A DNA stretch of 64,000 nt from Octopus sinensis (taxonomy: Eukaryota): the NCBI RefSeq assembly GCF_006345805.1, contig NC_042998.1, forward strand, positions 35,712,001-35,776,000, given 5' to 3'. Shown piece by piece: positions 27,297-39,660 of the stretch. The notes beneath the pieces were generated by a model. The model searched no databases, was not told where the DNA came from, and saw nothing but the letters and a program-made list of their open reading frames with translations. Position 1 is the stretch's first letter, and every line of letters begins with the position of its first letter. Both the position numbers and the translations under genes were made by a program.

Positions 27297-27585
27297 TCAG
27301 CCAACAGATTGCAGTGCAAGGGAACAGTTGTACTAAATTATGACTTCAAGATGGAGTATTTGCCATTTAAAAAAATTTGGACATGCAGATGGTTTGTCAA
27401 AGTTAATAGCAAAATACAGCGAACCACTAGAAAACACAGTGAAAGTGGCATTAAGAGTTGAAAATGAAATAAAATCAAATATATATTGTGCAACGTTGTG
27501 CATGAATTGCCTGTCACATTGGAGGAAATGAAAATTAAAACAGACAGACGAGTTTATCATGAAAATAAAAGCGATAGTAAGATCA
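27297..27585 (+). mobile_element. Gypsy LTR-retrotransposon pol fragment (end of RNase H and linker)
   Basis: ANRLQ..GTV.LNYDFKMEYLPFKKFGHADGLSKLIAKYSEPLENTV..ELPVTLEEMK with frameshifts. Confidence 0.85.
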
Positions 27586-28820
27586 TCATCATCATCATCG
27601 TTTAACGTCCGCTTTCCATGCTATCATGGGTTGGACGATTTTGACTGAGGGCTGGCGAACCAGATAGCTGCACCAGACTCCAATCTGATCTGGCAGAGTT
27701 TCTACAGCTGGATGCCCTTCCTAACGCCAACCACTCCGAGAGTGTAGTGGTTGCTTTTTACGTGCCACCGGCACGGGCGCCAGTCAGGCGGTACTGGCAA
27801 CAACCTCTCTCGAATCTTTTTACACGTGCCACCGGCACAGGTGCCAGTGAGGCAACGTTGGTAACAATCACGCTCAAAGAAACAAATAAAAGAATATATA
27901 TGTGTGGCTGGATGTAACATAGTTTTGAATTCGTATTCAGTATGTGATAATGTGCTTATGTAAGTACAGAGGGTCATAATACCTGTCTCACTACAAAATC
28001 AAATGTTAAAGGAATACCACACTAGACATCCAGGAAATTCAAGGATGAAGACACTTATGAGAAGTTACGTTTACTGACCAAAAATGGATCTAGATATTGA
28101 AAAGTTGGTAAAATCCTGCAGAAGTTCTCTGGCAGCAAAATCTATACATATAAATTTGACATGGGCAATTCTTTCTTGTCTTGGGATTCACGGTCAAACG
28201 GCTGGGTGGAATTGTGTGAAAAATCACACAGATGTGTAGAATGATCTGGTGGTGATGCTGGGCTTTGTATTTTTTCATAGCTCCCATGATTTCCAAGATA
28301 ATCTATTATAATAATCCTCTTGTGTTTATGAATGAGAAAGGAAGGGGTGATGTCATACATGGTAGTGGGATGATGAAAATTATATGCTGAAAAAAAAATC
28401 AAACAGCATTTCAACTCTGTGTGAATGTATGTATTTCTATATAAAAGGAGGTATGTGAATGTGTGTGTGTATGTGCGTGCAATGGAAGTGGGCCTTGTTC
28501 ATCTTTGTTCGTTTAGTATTTGGGTTTATTTTTTGTATTTTGTTGAATCTTGGTTGGGTTTTTTTCTTGGTCAGTTATTCTTAGCGTTTTGACAGAAAAA
28601 AGTAATTCTAAAATTGCTTTTTAATGTAAGCGTGGCCAAACAAGTCGAATGCTTACACAGAGCAGGTTTTACAGCCACATCATCCAAACCAACCGGGTGA
28701 AACTGGGCTTAGCTGCTAGTCACCTATAAAATTTTACGATGAACTCATTAAACTTCTTAAAAAGAGTAACATGTATCAGTGAGACGACAGAGAGCATTTT
28801 GGAGTCTCAGAAAATGCAAA

Positions 28821-29122
28821 CCTCCGCCAAGGCAACACCAACGTCCTCTCAACAATTAGCCAGAGATGATTTTTAAAATGAGAATATCTGAAATAAACTC
28901 AACTGCTCTCAAAAATTAAGTAAAAAAAACCAGGAAGATAATCCAGAATCCTTGTCCGGTACCTGATTGATCCCAAACTCTAATCAGTTTGTGCCCGTCA
29001 TGAGGCCAAACATTCCTGAAAGTTTCATCTGAATCCATCCAGTGGTTCTTGAGATATCTTGTCCACAGTCAAACAGACAAACAAGTAAAAACAATACCTC
29101 CGCCTTAGCAAAGGCGGAGGTA
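28821..29122. mobile_element. Helentron/HINE-like element
   Basis: CCTCCGCCAAGG at the left end; 12-bp stem-loop TACCTCCGCCTT-AGCA-AAGGCGGAGGTA at 29095-29122. Confidence 0.5.
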
Positions 29123-29284
29123 ATAATTTCTAATTTAGGTACTAGGCCAAAAGTTCTAAGGGAAGGAAGTAAACTGATGCCATAAACACAAGTGCTTGAA
29201 TGGTACTTCATTTTATAAAAGCCTATGAGATGAAATCAGATCCTGAAGAGCAAGAAAGATATCTTCTCAATTAGTGGAAGCACT

Positions 29285-29649
29285 CTGTCGGTTACGACGA
29301 TGAGGGTTCCGGTTGATCTGAATCAACGGAACAGCCTGCTCGTGAAATTAACGTGTAAGTGGCTGAGCACTCCACAGATACGTGCACCCTTAACGTAGTT
29401 CTCGGGGATATTCAGCGTGACACAGAGAGTGACAAGGCCGGCCCCTTGAAATACAGGTACAACAGAAACAGGAAGTAAGAGTGAGAGAAAGTTGTGGTGA
29501 AAGAGTACAGCAGGGATCACCACCATCCCCTGCCGGAGCCTCGTGGAGCTTTTAGGTGATTTCGCTCAATAAACACTCACAACGCCCGGTCTGGGAATCG
29601 AAACTGCGATCTTATGACCGCGAGTCCGCTGCCCTAACCACTGGGCCAA
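29285..29649 (-). mobile_element. tRNA-derived SINE (24141 family)
   Basis: Reverse complement of 24141-24519 at high identity. Confidence 0.85.
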
Positions 29650-29709
29650 TTAGTAATGAGGTGGTGGTAAACAACAAAAAACATAGCAAAACAAGCATCA
29701 AAAATTTAA

Positions 29710-29930
29710 CCCTTTTGTTACCATATTTCTGTTGAGATGCTCTCTGTTTCTTTCAATTAATTTTAAATCTAACAAAGAATTTAGTAAAATAACTTAGTTA
29801 TCATTAAGCTAGTGTCAGGAACATAAATTGTGACAAAGGTTTGGTGGAAGATTTTAATTCAAAAGTTATGAAAGCAAGACATTTGTACTCAGTGCCAGAG
29901 GCTGATTCAGCCGGGTTGGTAACGAAAGGG
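29710..29930. mobile_element. piggyBac-type MITE
   Basis: TTAA|CCCTTTTGTTACC ... GGTAACGAAAGGG|TTAA. Confidence 0.88.
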
Positions 29931-30771
29931 TTAAGCCATCTTTTAAATACAATCCCCAAAACATGAAATTCCTTGATTCAAAACATTTACAAACAAGATC
30001 TGATTGGTAACATGGATAGATCAGACATATGAACATGCTTCTTTCACAGTGGCACTGGCATGGACGTGCTACCCGTGCACACCATATGACACCAAAAATG
30101 CTTTCACATTTCCTGAACTCTACATTTGGCAGGGTAAGAATTCAAAACCAATCTACTAAGTGTTAGCAATTTTGAAACCACTTCAAAAATATTAACAACT
30201 TAAATTTTCTCATCATGATAGTGATGATGGTAACCATGATGATGACGATGATAATAACAATAACAACAACAACAACAACAATTTTGTTTAACTTCCCTGT
30301 ATTTTTCAAATGTAGATTTAAAATGTAATTCAGAAACTGTGGGATTCAAATAGTTTCGAATTTAAAGTAGAACTTACAAGAATGGTTATGTTCCCACAGA
30401 TGGTGTAAAATAACAACAGAAATTAAAGGAAATATGTTATAGAGAAATGTTCAGATGTTCAAATTGATCTTTCTGATATTGACCTACCTTAGACTTGACT
30501 CTGGGTTAAGGATACAAACAGCAAATCTTAAAATATTCAGATTTAAATTAAAACATTCCAATTTTATGAAAAAAAATGTAATTCTCTAAATATTAAAATA
30601 AAAACAGAAAAGGTAGTTATTTCATTAAACACCTCAATCGTTGATTTATTTTCAATAAAAAAGAAAAAAAGAAAAAATAGAGTGCATTTCCTATGAAATG
30701 GTAAGCAAAGAAAATGTTTCTGCTACTTGAAAATATTCCTCTATATTAAAATATATGGTGTAAACCAAATC

Positions 30772-31698
30772 TTAAAGATTCTCTTCCATTTCAAAGGCAC
30801 TTTTACTCCTAGTAAATATATTTGCAAAACTTTTGCGGAATATTTTGTTACAAAATCCATACACCATGGGGTTTAAAGATGAGTTCAGTATCCAAGTACG
30901 ATAGAAAACTACCTTGAATATCTGCAACAAGTTAGAATCTTTGAAGTATGGATATACGACAAAGAAGATAAGGGTTAGTGAAAAACTGACAAAAAACAAA
31001 ATGGAGATTGAGACAAGAACAAGGTTTGTGTGCGATTGATTCGTTCTTGTTTGCGAAGCTGCTTCTTTACCTTGCCTTTTCCTGAAACGCTGAGTAATGG
31101 TCTTCTGAACAAACAAATAAAGTACAGTCATGGTCAAGAGAAGCATAATGTAAATAATTAATGTTGCCAGAGCATAATACCAGAGAGGTGACCTTCTGAG
31201 GTCACAACCACATATCATGTATATCTTGTTTTCATGGATGAAGGGAAAACCTTCAAAGTAAAACAGAACTGGCAGTACCAATGCAACTGATATTACAGTT
31301 ATGAAAATGATAAGAGGTTGCCGTAGTTTCGGAGTAATTTGTTTGCCATGTGGACAACATATTTTTCTGAATCTTTCAACAGCAATGGTAAACAGAATCA
31401 AGGACGACACGACACAGTAGGCGAAGACAACAAACTTGTATGATTTACACAAATATTCTGATTGTATTGCAGAGTAAAGTTCAGCCATTTCCAGAGGCAG
31501 TCCAAAGATACATCCAATCAGATCATTCACTGCTAGCACAAGGATGAAGGCTTCTACATTGCTTTTCTGGGACTGTCGGGCATAAATATATATCACAAAT
31601 ATGTTACCAACGAGTCCCACTATTAGGAAGAAGGGTATGATACTAAAAACAAGTAATCTTGTAAACAAAACAGGATCAGACAAATGGGTTGCATTCAT
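30772..31698 (-). CDS. Intronless rhodopsin-family (class A) GPCR, 308 aa, orphan; resembles mollusc receptors loosely annotated as orexin/CCK-receptor-like
   Basis: Seven hydrophobic segments; GN (TM1), LAVND (TM2), C84 plus ECL2 Cys, ERF (TM3), P in TM4, NPMVY (TM7), helix 8 FRKSF, N-glycan sequon NAT at residue 2. AATAAA on the minus strand at 30645-30650. Confidence 0.95.
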   Translation of the reverse strand: MNATHLSDPVLFTRLLVFSIIPFFLIVGLVGNIFVIYIYARQSQKSNVEAFILVLAVNDLIGCIFGLPLEMAELYSAIQSEYLCKSYKFVVFAYCVVSSLILFTIAVERFRKICCPHGKQITPKLRQPLIIFITVISVALVLPVLFYFEGFPFIHENKIYMICGCDLRRSPLWYYALATLIIYIMLLLTMTVLYLFVQKTITQRFRKRQGKEAASQTRTNQSHTNLVLVSISILFFVSFSLTLIFFVVYPYFKDSNLLQIFKVVFYRTWILNSSLNPMVYGFCNKIFRKSFANIFTRSKSAFEMEENL

Positions 31699-31820
31699 GT
31701 TGAAACCAGTGTGTAGGTTCTAGTTTAGTGAGTATAATGCCTATACGTTAATTGTGGATATGTATGTATATATATATATATGTGTGTGTCTATGTTTGTA
31801 TATGTATGTATGTATGTATG

Positions 31821-31995
31821 GAGAGTTCACGAAAAAAACAAAAGACGAAGACAGGTGGTGTAGAAAACAAACAGATGTATTAGTATAACGCTCTGGAATC
31901 GAAAAAGTCTTTTACGTTTCGAGTCTACGCTCTCCTACAGAAAGGTACGCAGAAAAAAAAAACAAAGAGAGAGAAAAAAAATGTGTGTAGTGGCT
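31821..31995 (-). mobile_element. Penelope-like repeat fragment with a hammerhead-like fold
   Basis: Homologous to 59885-60075; the minus strand reads CTTT-CTGTAGGA-GAGC-GTAG-ACTC-GAAACGTA-AAAG. Confidence 0.5.
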
Positions 31996-31999
31996 ACCG

Positions 32000-32390
32000 G
32001 GGGAACTTGTTAGTGGAAAGAGACCCTGGCAGAAACCAAGGCTGCGATTTAAGGACTGTCAAATCCTCATTAAAGGCCTGTGATATGCAGAAAACCGACT
32101 GGGAGAGCTATGTCAGTCATCACCACAGATGAAGGAAGCAAGTTAAGTTAAGGAGTGGGGTCAACACTTTTGAGAGAGCATGTATTCTTCAGGAAGAATT
32201 TAAGTGTGGTGTGCAAAAGTACACTGCTTGTGTAGTGAATGGGGAGAGCTTGGTTCGCAGTTGTGTATGCTTGTCAAGAACAGGGCTCATTAGCCAATGC
32301 AAAATATAAATTAGTCCTAGGGCGCACAATGTTCCTAAAGGTCAACAATGGTCTTTCTTGGTCATGAGTGGATAGCAATCATATATGTGT
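32000..32390 (+). mobile_element. Decayed RTE LINE ORF2 C-terminus and 3' UTR
   Basis: GELVSGKRPWQKPRLRFKD..., later CLSRTGLIS, with frameshifts. Confidence 0.75.
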
Positions 32391-32469
32391 ATGTATGAAT
32401 GTATGTATGTATAAAAGAATTGATGGTGTTATAATTTCATGGATGTAGTCATAGGTAAGTAACTTGTAA

Positions 32470-32812
32470 TCCAAACTTGTACTCTGAGGATGACATATTC
32501 GTTTTGTTCTGTTGTTGCAGTTGAGTTCTTACACAAATATAATTACAATTTGAAGTAAACTTCCAGAGAGAGGTTTCAAAGCTCTGTGTAACAGCTTGTG
32601 TCATATCCAGCTTTGCTTAACATTATAGCATCACAGTATTGGCCAAAGACAGAAAACTTAAGTAGGAAGGCTTATTCAAACACTTTATTCATATCCACTT
32701 GAAAATATAATCAAACGAATGGATTGTGTTCGTAAATGATACAAATATCCGTAAATGATACAAATATCCGTAAATGATACAAGTGTGGAGTTTCTAGTTT
32801 AGTAAGTATGAT
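32470..32812 (-). pseudogene. Degraded 5' fragment of a paralog of the adjacent GPCR
   Basis: About 65 nt around the start codon align to the GPCR at roughly 78% identity by hand count (ATG to ACG). Collinear patches CTCTCTCTGGAA, TATTTGTGTAA and TACAAGTTTG match TM2-TM3 coding sequence. Confidence 0.6.
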
Positions 32813-33698
32813 GTATGTATGCTGACTGTTGTGTGAATGTGTGGGTGCATGCATTTGTGGGTGTGAATATATGAAAAACTGATGATGCAATAATTTCAGA
32901 GCGACTGTGCGGTAAGTAGCTTGCTTACCAACCACATGGTTCCAGGTTCAGTCCCACTGCGTGGCACCTTGGGCAAGTATCTTCTACTATAGCTTCAGGC
33001 TGACCAAAGCCTTGTGAGTGGGTTTGGTAGACAGAAACTGAAAGAAACCCATCATCATCATCGTCGTCGTTTAACATCTGCTTTCCATGCTGGCATGGGT
33101 TGGACGGTTTGACTGAGGACTGGCGAGCAGATGGCTGCACCACGCTCCACTCTGATCTGTCAGAGTTTCTACAGCTAGATGCCCTTCCTAATGCCAACCA
33201 CTCTGAGAGTGTAGTGGGTGCTTTTACGTGCCACCAGCACGAGGGCCAGTCAGGCATTACTGGCAACGGCCACGCTCAAATGGTATTTTTACATGCCACC
33301 TGCACAGGAGCCAGCCCAGCAGCACTGGCAACGACCTCGCTTGAATGTTGTTTATCATGTGCCAGTAAAGTGATGCTGGTAACGATCACGCTGGAATGGT
33401 GATTTTTATGTGCCGCCGGCACGGAAGCCAGTCAGCGGCCCTGGCAACAATTATGCTCGGATGGTGCTCTTAGTGCTCCACTAGCATGGATGCCAGTCAA
33501 GCAGTGCTGTCATCGAATATGATTTCAATTTCACTTGCCTCAACAGGTCTTTGCAAGCAGAGTTTAATGTCCAATGAAGGAAAGGTATGCATAAGTGGGC
33601 TGGTTACACCACTGATATTGGCCATGGGTTATATGTACACACACACACTTCAATCACTTCCTTTTATATTTATGTGTAAGTTTCATTCATGGGAAAAC

Positions 33699-33729
<31 letters not shown>

Positions 33730-34111
33730 AAATTAGTTTTTCTGAGAATGCCATTATCAACTAGTTTCAATTCTAGGTACTTATTCTGCCTTCCCCTATC
33801 TGCACCTAGAAATTGTGGTGTGTTCCAAACAGTGCTCCCAAACAGTCAGGCTCCCAGCAGGGGCCAATTTGCCTACTGTTTGCTTAACTCTAATCCTATG
33901 GCAGGTAAATGATGATTGTACCTGAAAATAGTAGTGGTGGTGTTTATTCTAGTGGGAAAGCAATTCATAATGGTCAGACTTGAACTGAGAAAAGTAAAGT
34001 ACCGAAGTAAAATGCTGAGAAACCTTTAGTTGTCTGAGCTTTTGTACCAACAGACAGTCTCTACGATACTACCTGTGTTGCTTGAAACATCAATCAAGTG
34101 ATCTCTCTTAA

Positions 34112-34332
34112 CCCTTTTATTACCGTATTTAATTTGAGATGTTCTGTGTTTCTTTCAATTACGTTAAATATAACAAAGAATTTAGTAAGATAACTTAGTT
34201 ATCATTAAGCTCGTGTTAGGAACCTAAATTACGACTATGGTTTGGTGGAAGATTTTTATTCAAAATTTATGAAAACAAGACATTTGAACTACAAAGCCAG
34301 AAGCGGTTTCAGCTGGGTTGGTAATGAAAGGG
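34112..34332. mobile_element. piggyBac-type MITE
   Basis: TTAA|CCCTTTTATTACC ... GGTAATGAAAGGG|TTAA. Confidence 0.88.
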
Positions 34333-34710
34333 TTAAATCTCACCTTGTTGTTTATAAATACACATTGTATAATGTAGGAAGCATTCTCTAAAAGATGGGA
34401 CAGTTATGTCTTGAATTCCTTTAGTTGTAGGTCTGCTGGAAGCTGACCTCGGGTTAAACAATAGCTCCAGACAACAAAATGGTTTTTGTAAAATTTTCCC
34501 TCTCTCTGAGAAGGAAGGCAGCTCTAGTACCAGGATGTGTTTGCTAAGTGCTAGCAAAGTCTGATCCTGCTTAAGTTCAGCAATTGTGAAACAAGAGGAA
34601 TTGCACTTTTAACAAATTGAAAAGAGCACATAATTGTTTCTAAGAAAGATTTTACATTAGAAAATTACTATTTGTAAATCTCACAATGAGAGGTATTCAG
34701 CAACAGTACT

Positions 34711-34986
34711 TTGGAGTAAAGATCGTTTGCCAACATAACATGGCACTCCTGGTTTAGGACGAATGTTGCTGTAATTGAGCCCCAGGAGACATTGTCTCCA
34801 GCTGGTTATACAACATGATCTGTGTCCTTATATTTTCGAACAAGGGAATCTAGCACCTCTACTCAGCTCAAAACAATATCTGTGTATCATGATTTCCAGG
34901 TTGTTACAGGAACATTTCTGGGCTAAATCACAGCAACATTCGTCCTAAACTAGGACTGCCATTGTTGGCAAATATCTTTACTCCAA
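34711..34986. mobile_element. Fold-back (long-TIR) element, right arm partly deleted
   Basis: TTGGAGTAAAGAT..GCCAACA / TGTTGGCAAATATCTTTACTCCAA; homologous to 53725-54099. Confidence 0.7.
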
Positions 34987-35293
34987 CGGTTTTACAGTCA
35001 ACAGTTTAATTCTCTATCTCTTGGGCTGTTGCGTTAGAGAAGAGAATTTTTTTGACCAGTACATTAAACAGTTTTTCTGAAAGATATGTGCTGTAGCTGA
35101 GTGGTCTGAAATTTGCTTCCCAACCACATGGTTCCAGGTTCAATCCCACTGTGTGGCATATTTGGCACGTCTTCTATCACCTCAGGCTTGTGAGTGGATT
35201 TGGTAGATGGAAACTGAAAGAAGTGTGTCATATATGTGTGTGTGTATCTTTGTGTCTGTCCTTGTCCCTCACCACCATTTGACAGCCAGTGTT

Positions 35294-35780
35294 GACAAGT
35301 GACTGAGACCTTTGGAGATATGCTGTGCTTGAGAAGACCGGGTAAGCCTAGTGAGATTGTAGCAATGGCCAACACCAGTGTAACATAACTGGCCCATTTA
35401 AAAGTACCCTTCAATCATTGGGCAATATGCTGTGCCTGAGAGGACCTGCTGAGTCAAGTGAAATCTTTGATGTGTGCAATGCCAGTGCTGCCTGACTGGC
35501 ATGTAAAAAGGAACCATTCAAGCATGGCTGATGCCAGTGCCGCTGATATGTATAAAGCACTATTCAAGCCAGTGCCACCTGACTGGCCCCTGTGCCAGTG
35601 ACATGTAAAAAGCACTCACTACACTCTTGGAGTGGTTGGTGTTAGGAAGGGCATCCAGTTGTAGAAACCTTGCCAAATTCATATTGGAGCCTGCTGCTGC
35701 CTATTGGCTTGCCAGTCCTCAGTCAAACCGTCCAACCCAGGCCAGCATGGAAAGCAGACGTCAAACAATGATGATGATGA
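35294..35780 (+). mobile_element. 5'-truncated RTE LINE including the ORF2 end
   Basis: GAC CTT TGG AGA TAT GCT GTG CTT GAG AAG ACC (DLWRYAVLEKT), then the 3' UTR and (GAT)n tail. Confidence 0.75.
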
Positions 35781-37342
35781 TGGTGTTGGTGTGTTTACAT
35801 TCCTGTAACTTAGCAGTTCATCAAAAGAGACCTATGCAATAAGTACCAGTCTTAACAACTGAAACAAATGTCAGACAAGACATATCGTTTTGCACCTGTT
35901 TTGTTTTTCTTTTTCTTTCTTGTTGTCCTGCTCTCAAAGCATTTCTTCTCTAGTAGTCATATCCAACAGCACCTGAAACACAGTAAAAGAGAAAAACTGG
36001 CCATCATAATTGCTCTGTCAGTCCTGTTTCTGCTTTAGCGTTCTTATTATACACTCCCCCCCCCGTTGCCATCCTGTTTACGGGGGGGGGGGGTTGACTC
36101 AGTGCATATGTCATTCCACCAGCTGTCTCCCACTGGACTAAGCAGTCTCTCCCATAGCATGTTGTCTCCATTCATTCATTCAGTCATTCATTCATTCATT
36201 CATTCACATATATGTTGTCCACTGCCATATGGGCTATTAGTCCTGCCTGCTGTTGTTCTATATCAGCCACTTTGTGGTGTTTTAATAGAACAATAACAAC
36301 AAAAACATAAAAACCAAAGTGATTTAGGTATTCAGCATGTCTTCTGAAGGATGATTCATGTTATGGATATATTGGACATCTACAATCTGTTGTTTAGCCC
36401 CAGGTCAGCTTGACTGAGCAGCCATATGTTCAAGGGTGTTTATGCCATGGCTATCCAGATTTTTTTTTTCTCCAAGGCAGTGGGGTGTGATATGTGGGAA
36501 ATTTTGTTGCTAGTTCTAGCAGATCAAGCAGCCATGTGGTAGCTCCCTTATTAGCTTGTCTTCTAGTTGTATGTAGTTTGCATATATATTTTATTTTTTT
36601 ACTCTTTGTTTCAGTCATTAGACTGTGGCCATGCTGGGACACTGCCATGAAGAATTTTAGTTGAACAAAGCAAATCTAGTTAGATTTTTTTAAAGTCTCT
36701 TTTGCCTTGCCACTCAGTTATATATAACCACTCAGTTATAGGGATGTAAACACACCAACACCAGTTTCTAAGCAATGGTAGGGAACAAACAAACACACAC
36801 ACACACACATAAATATATACGATGGCCTTCTTTCAGTTTCTGTCATCTACCAAATCCATTCACAAGTCCCGAGGCTATAGTAGAAGACTCCTCCCCACAG
36901 TGAGACTGAACCTAGAACCATGTGGTTGTGAAGCAAGTTTCTTAGCACACAGTCACTTTTTAATCGAACGAATCAATCTCATTACTGTTTTTTTTTTTAA
37001 GCGTGGTTCTTTGTATCAGACTCTTTTGCTGAACTGCTAAGTTATTTCTTTATTGCTCACAGTGGGGCTAAACAAAGAAGGGACAAACAAGGACAGACAA
37101 ATGGATTAAGTCAATTATATCGACCCCAGTACGTAACTGGTACTTAGTTAATCGACCCCGGAAGGATGAAAGGCAAAGTTCAACCTCAGTGGAATTTGAA
37201 CTCAGAACATAACGGCAGACTGCTGTTGGTGGGTTTAAGCTTCCATAATTTAGCAGAAGGCGGGTAGCTGGCAGAAATGTTAGCACGCCAGGCTTCAGTT
37301 GACTCATGCGTTTGGAAAGCAAACATCTTCATTACAGAGCAT

Positions 37343-37980
37343 CATCATTATCATCGTTTAACGTCCATTTTCCGCGCTAGCATGGGTTGGACAGTTCGAC
37401 CGGGGTCTGGGAAGCCAGGGGCTGCACCAGGCTCCAGTCTGATCTGGCAGAGTTTCTACAGCTGGATGCCCTTCCTAATGCCAACCACTCTGCGAGTGTA
37501 GTGGGTGTTTTTATTACATGCCACCTGCACAGGTGCCAGTGGGGTCTGACATCGGCCACGATCGGTTGGAGCTTTTAACGTGCCACCGGCACGGAAGCCA
37601 GCCAAGTTTGGATGGTGCTTTTTTACGTGCCACCGGCACTGGAGCCAGTCGAGGCGGAGCTGGCAACGGCCACGTACGGATGGTAATTTTTATGTGCCAC
37701 CAGCACAGGTATCACAACTACTATTTCCATTGATATTTATGTTCATGTTCATGACTCAACAGGTCTCCTCAAGCACAGCGGGACGTTCTGGGATCCAGGG
37801 TACTTTGAATGGGCAGGGACTATGCGGAACTGGTGCAGGAAGCAGCCCGGGTCTTTGCAGTCACAGCATTGTGCATAAATGCTGTGACTGCAAAGACCCG
37901 GGCTGCTTCCTGCACCAGTTCCGCATAGTCCCTGCCCATTCAAAGTACCCTGGATCCCAGAACGTCCCGCTGTGCTTGAG
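37343..37980 (-). mobile_element. 5'-truncated RTE insertion with a fold-back 5' end
   Basis: (ATC)n tail at the left; perfect 106-bp inverted repeat 37765-37870 / 37878-37983; GAGCAT at 37337-37342 and 37981-37986. Confidence 0.85.
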
Positions 37981-38214
37981 GAGCATGAAAACGAATGTTA
38001 ACTGATGAGGATATAAAACAATATCATAGGTTTTATTGCCATGCAATATTTATAGGAAGAGTTTTCACATTTTGTGCAACTAACATCAGTTTTTGGATTT
38101 GAATGCAAGTTGTAGTATCTGTCAGAAATCACAATGCAACTTCTGTGTCTGCTGTATTTGGTGACAGTGTCTGTATGGGATCTTTAATCACAAGTCTAGT
38201 GTTCTCTATTAATC

Positions 38215-38415
38215 CTTTACTCTTTTTCTTGTTTCAGTCATTTGACTGTGGCCATACTGGAGCAAATCGTAGATTTACAAATAGTTGAGCAAATCGACCC
38301 CAGGACTTATTCTTTGTACTTATTCTATCGGTCTCTTTTGCCGAACTGCAAAGTTAATGGGCATGCAAACACACCACCATCGGTTGTCAAGCGATGTTGG
38401 CAGGGACAAACATAA

Positions 38416-38446
<31 letters not shown>

Positions 38447-38617
38447 CATATATACGACAGGCTTCTTTTAGTTTCCATCTACCAAATCCACTCACAAGGC
38501 TTTGGTCAGCCCGAGGCTATAGTAGAAGACACTTGCCCAAGGTGCCATGCAGTGAGACTGAACACGGGACCATGTGGTTGGTAAGCAAGCTACTTACCAC
38601 ACAGCCACTCCTGCGCC
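38215..38617 (-). mobile_element. CORE-type SINE
   Basis: Reverse complement of the 23635 family. Confidence 0.85.
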
Positions 38618-39660
38618 TTCACCTTTGAGATACTGGGTCATGTTGCAGACGTCTTCTTTTAGTGATTAAATGAAGGAGGTGTGACTGTGTGCTAAGAAGT
38701 TTCCTTCTCAACCATGTGGTTCCAGGCTCAGTTCCATTTCTTGGCACCTTGGGCCATTGTCTTCTACTAAAGCCTTGTGAGTGGATTTGGTAGATGGAAA
38801 CTGCTGGCTCTCCAGGCCTCAGTCTAACCGTCCAACCCATCTAGTCATAGAAACCATGCCAGAACAAACAATGGAATCTGGTGTGGTTGCTGGCCTTGCT
38901 AGATCCTGTCAAACTGTTCAACCCATGCTGGCATGGAAAACGGATCTTAAATTACGATGATGACGATGAAAATGCTTATTAATTTGAAATGTTAATCTAT
39001 GAATAAGAAAAATATCTTGAATTTAAACTCTCCTCAGCCATGATACATAAAGTGTACAAAGTATGTAAAAACAAACACACACACACACACACACACATCT
39101 TGCTGGTATAAAACCCCCGAGAGTTAACTCATTGTTATTTTCAGATAAACCCAGTTAAGTAGTTGAAAATACAATAATCTTCCTTGCAGCTACTGCTTCG
39201 GTTGGTGACGGTTTTCTCTAGTTGCAGCGATGTTGGCGGCAGTGGTGGTGGTTGGGACGTTTTTTTTTTTTTTTTTGTGTTTTTCTTCTTCTTCTTCTTC
39301 TTAATGTTGAAATTAATCGGATATCCGCATTGCTGTTGGAATAATCTCTCTATGTCAGGTGTCTAGTATATTTATCTGGCTGAACGCCGTTCTCGCTATT
39401 TCTGTAGCTAAATAATAATACAATCATAACAATGGTAATTAAAACTCAACAAGTGTTTGGTTCAGATAATCTCATCTATTTATTCAATATGACGTGGTAT
39501 TTAGCAACTGAGTCAGCATCCACATCAAGAGTACCAGATGAAAAAAATCTGTGGTTCAATTTAATGAACATGTAGCATTTGTTCAGTACTTCAAATTGTT
39601 TTATTTCAAACCCTGCCAAAAATAATGCTTACCAGTACTGCATTAACTGTTATGCAAAAG

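Noticed and set aside
30772-31698. Specific gene name for the GPCR (orexin, CCK or dopamine receptor)
   Set aside because: No diagnostic ligand-binding residues recognised, and it lacks the TM3 Asp of aminergic receptors; naming needs phylogeny.
36056-36093. C9-GT ... AC-G12 mini inverted repeat
   Set aside because: Low-complexity homopolymers; could arise by chance or from sequencing error.
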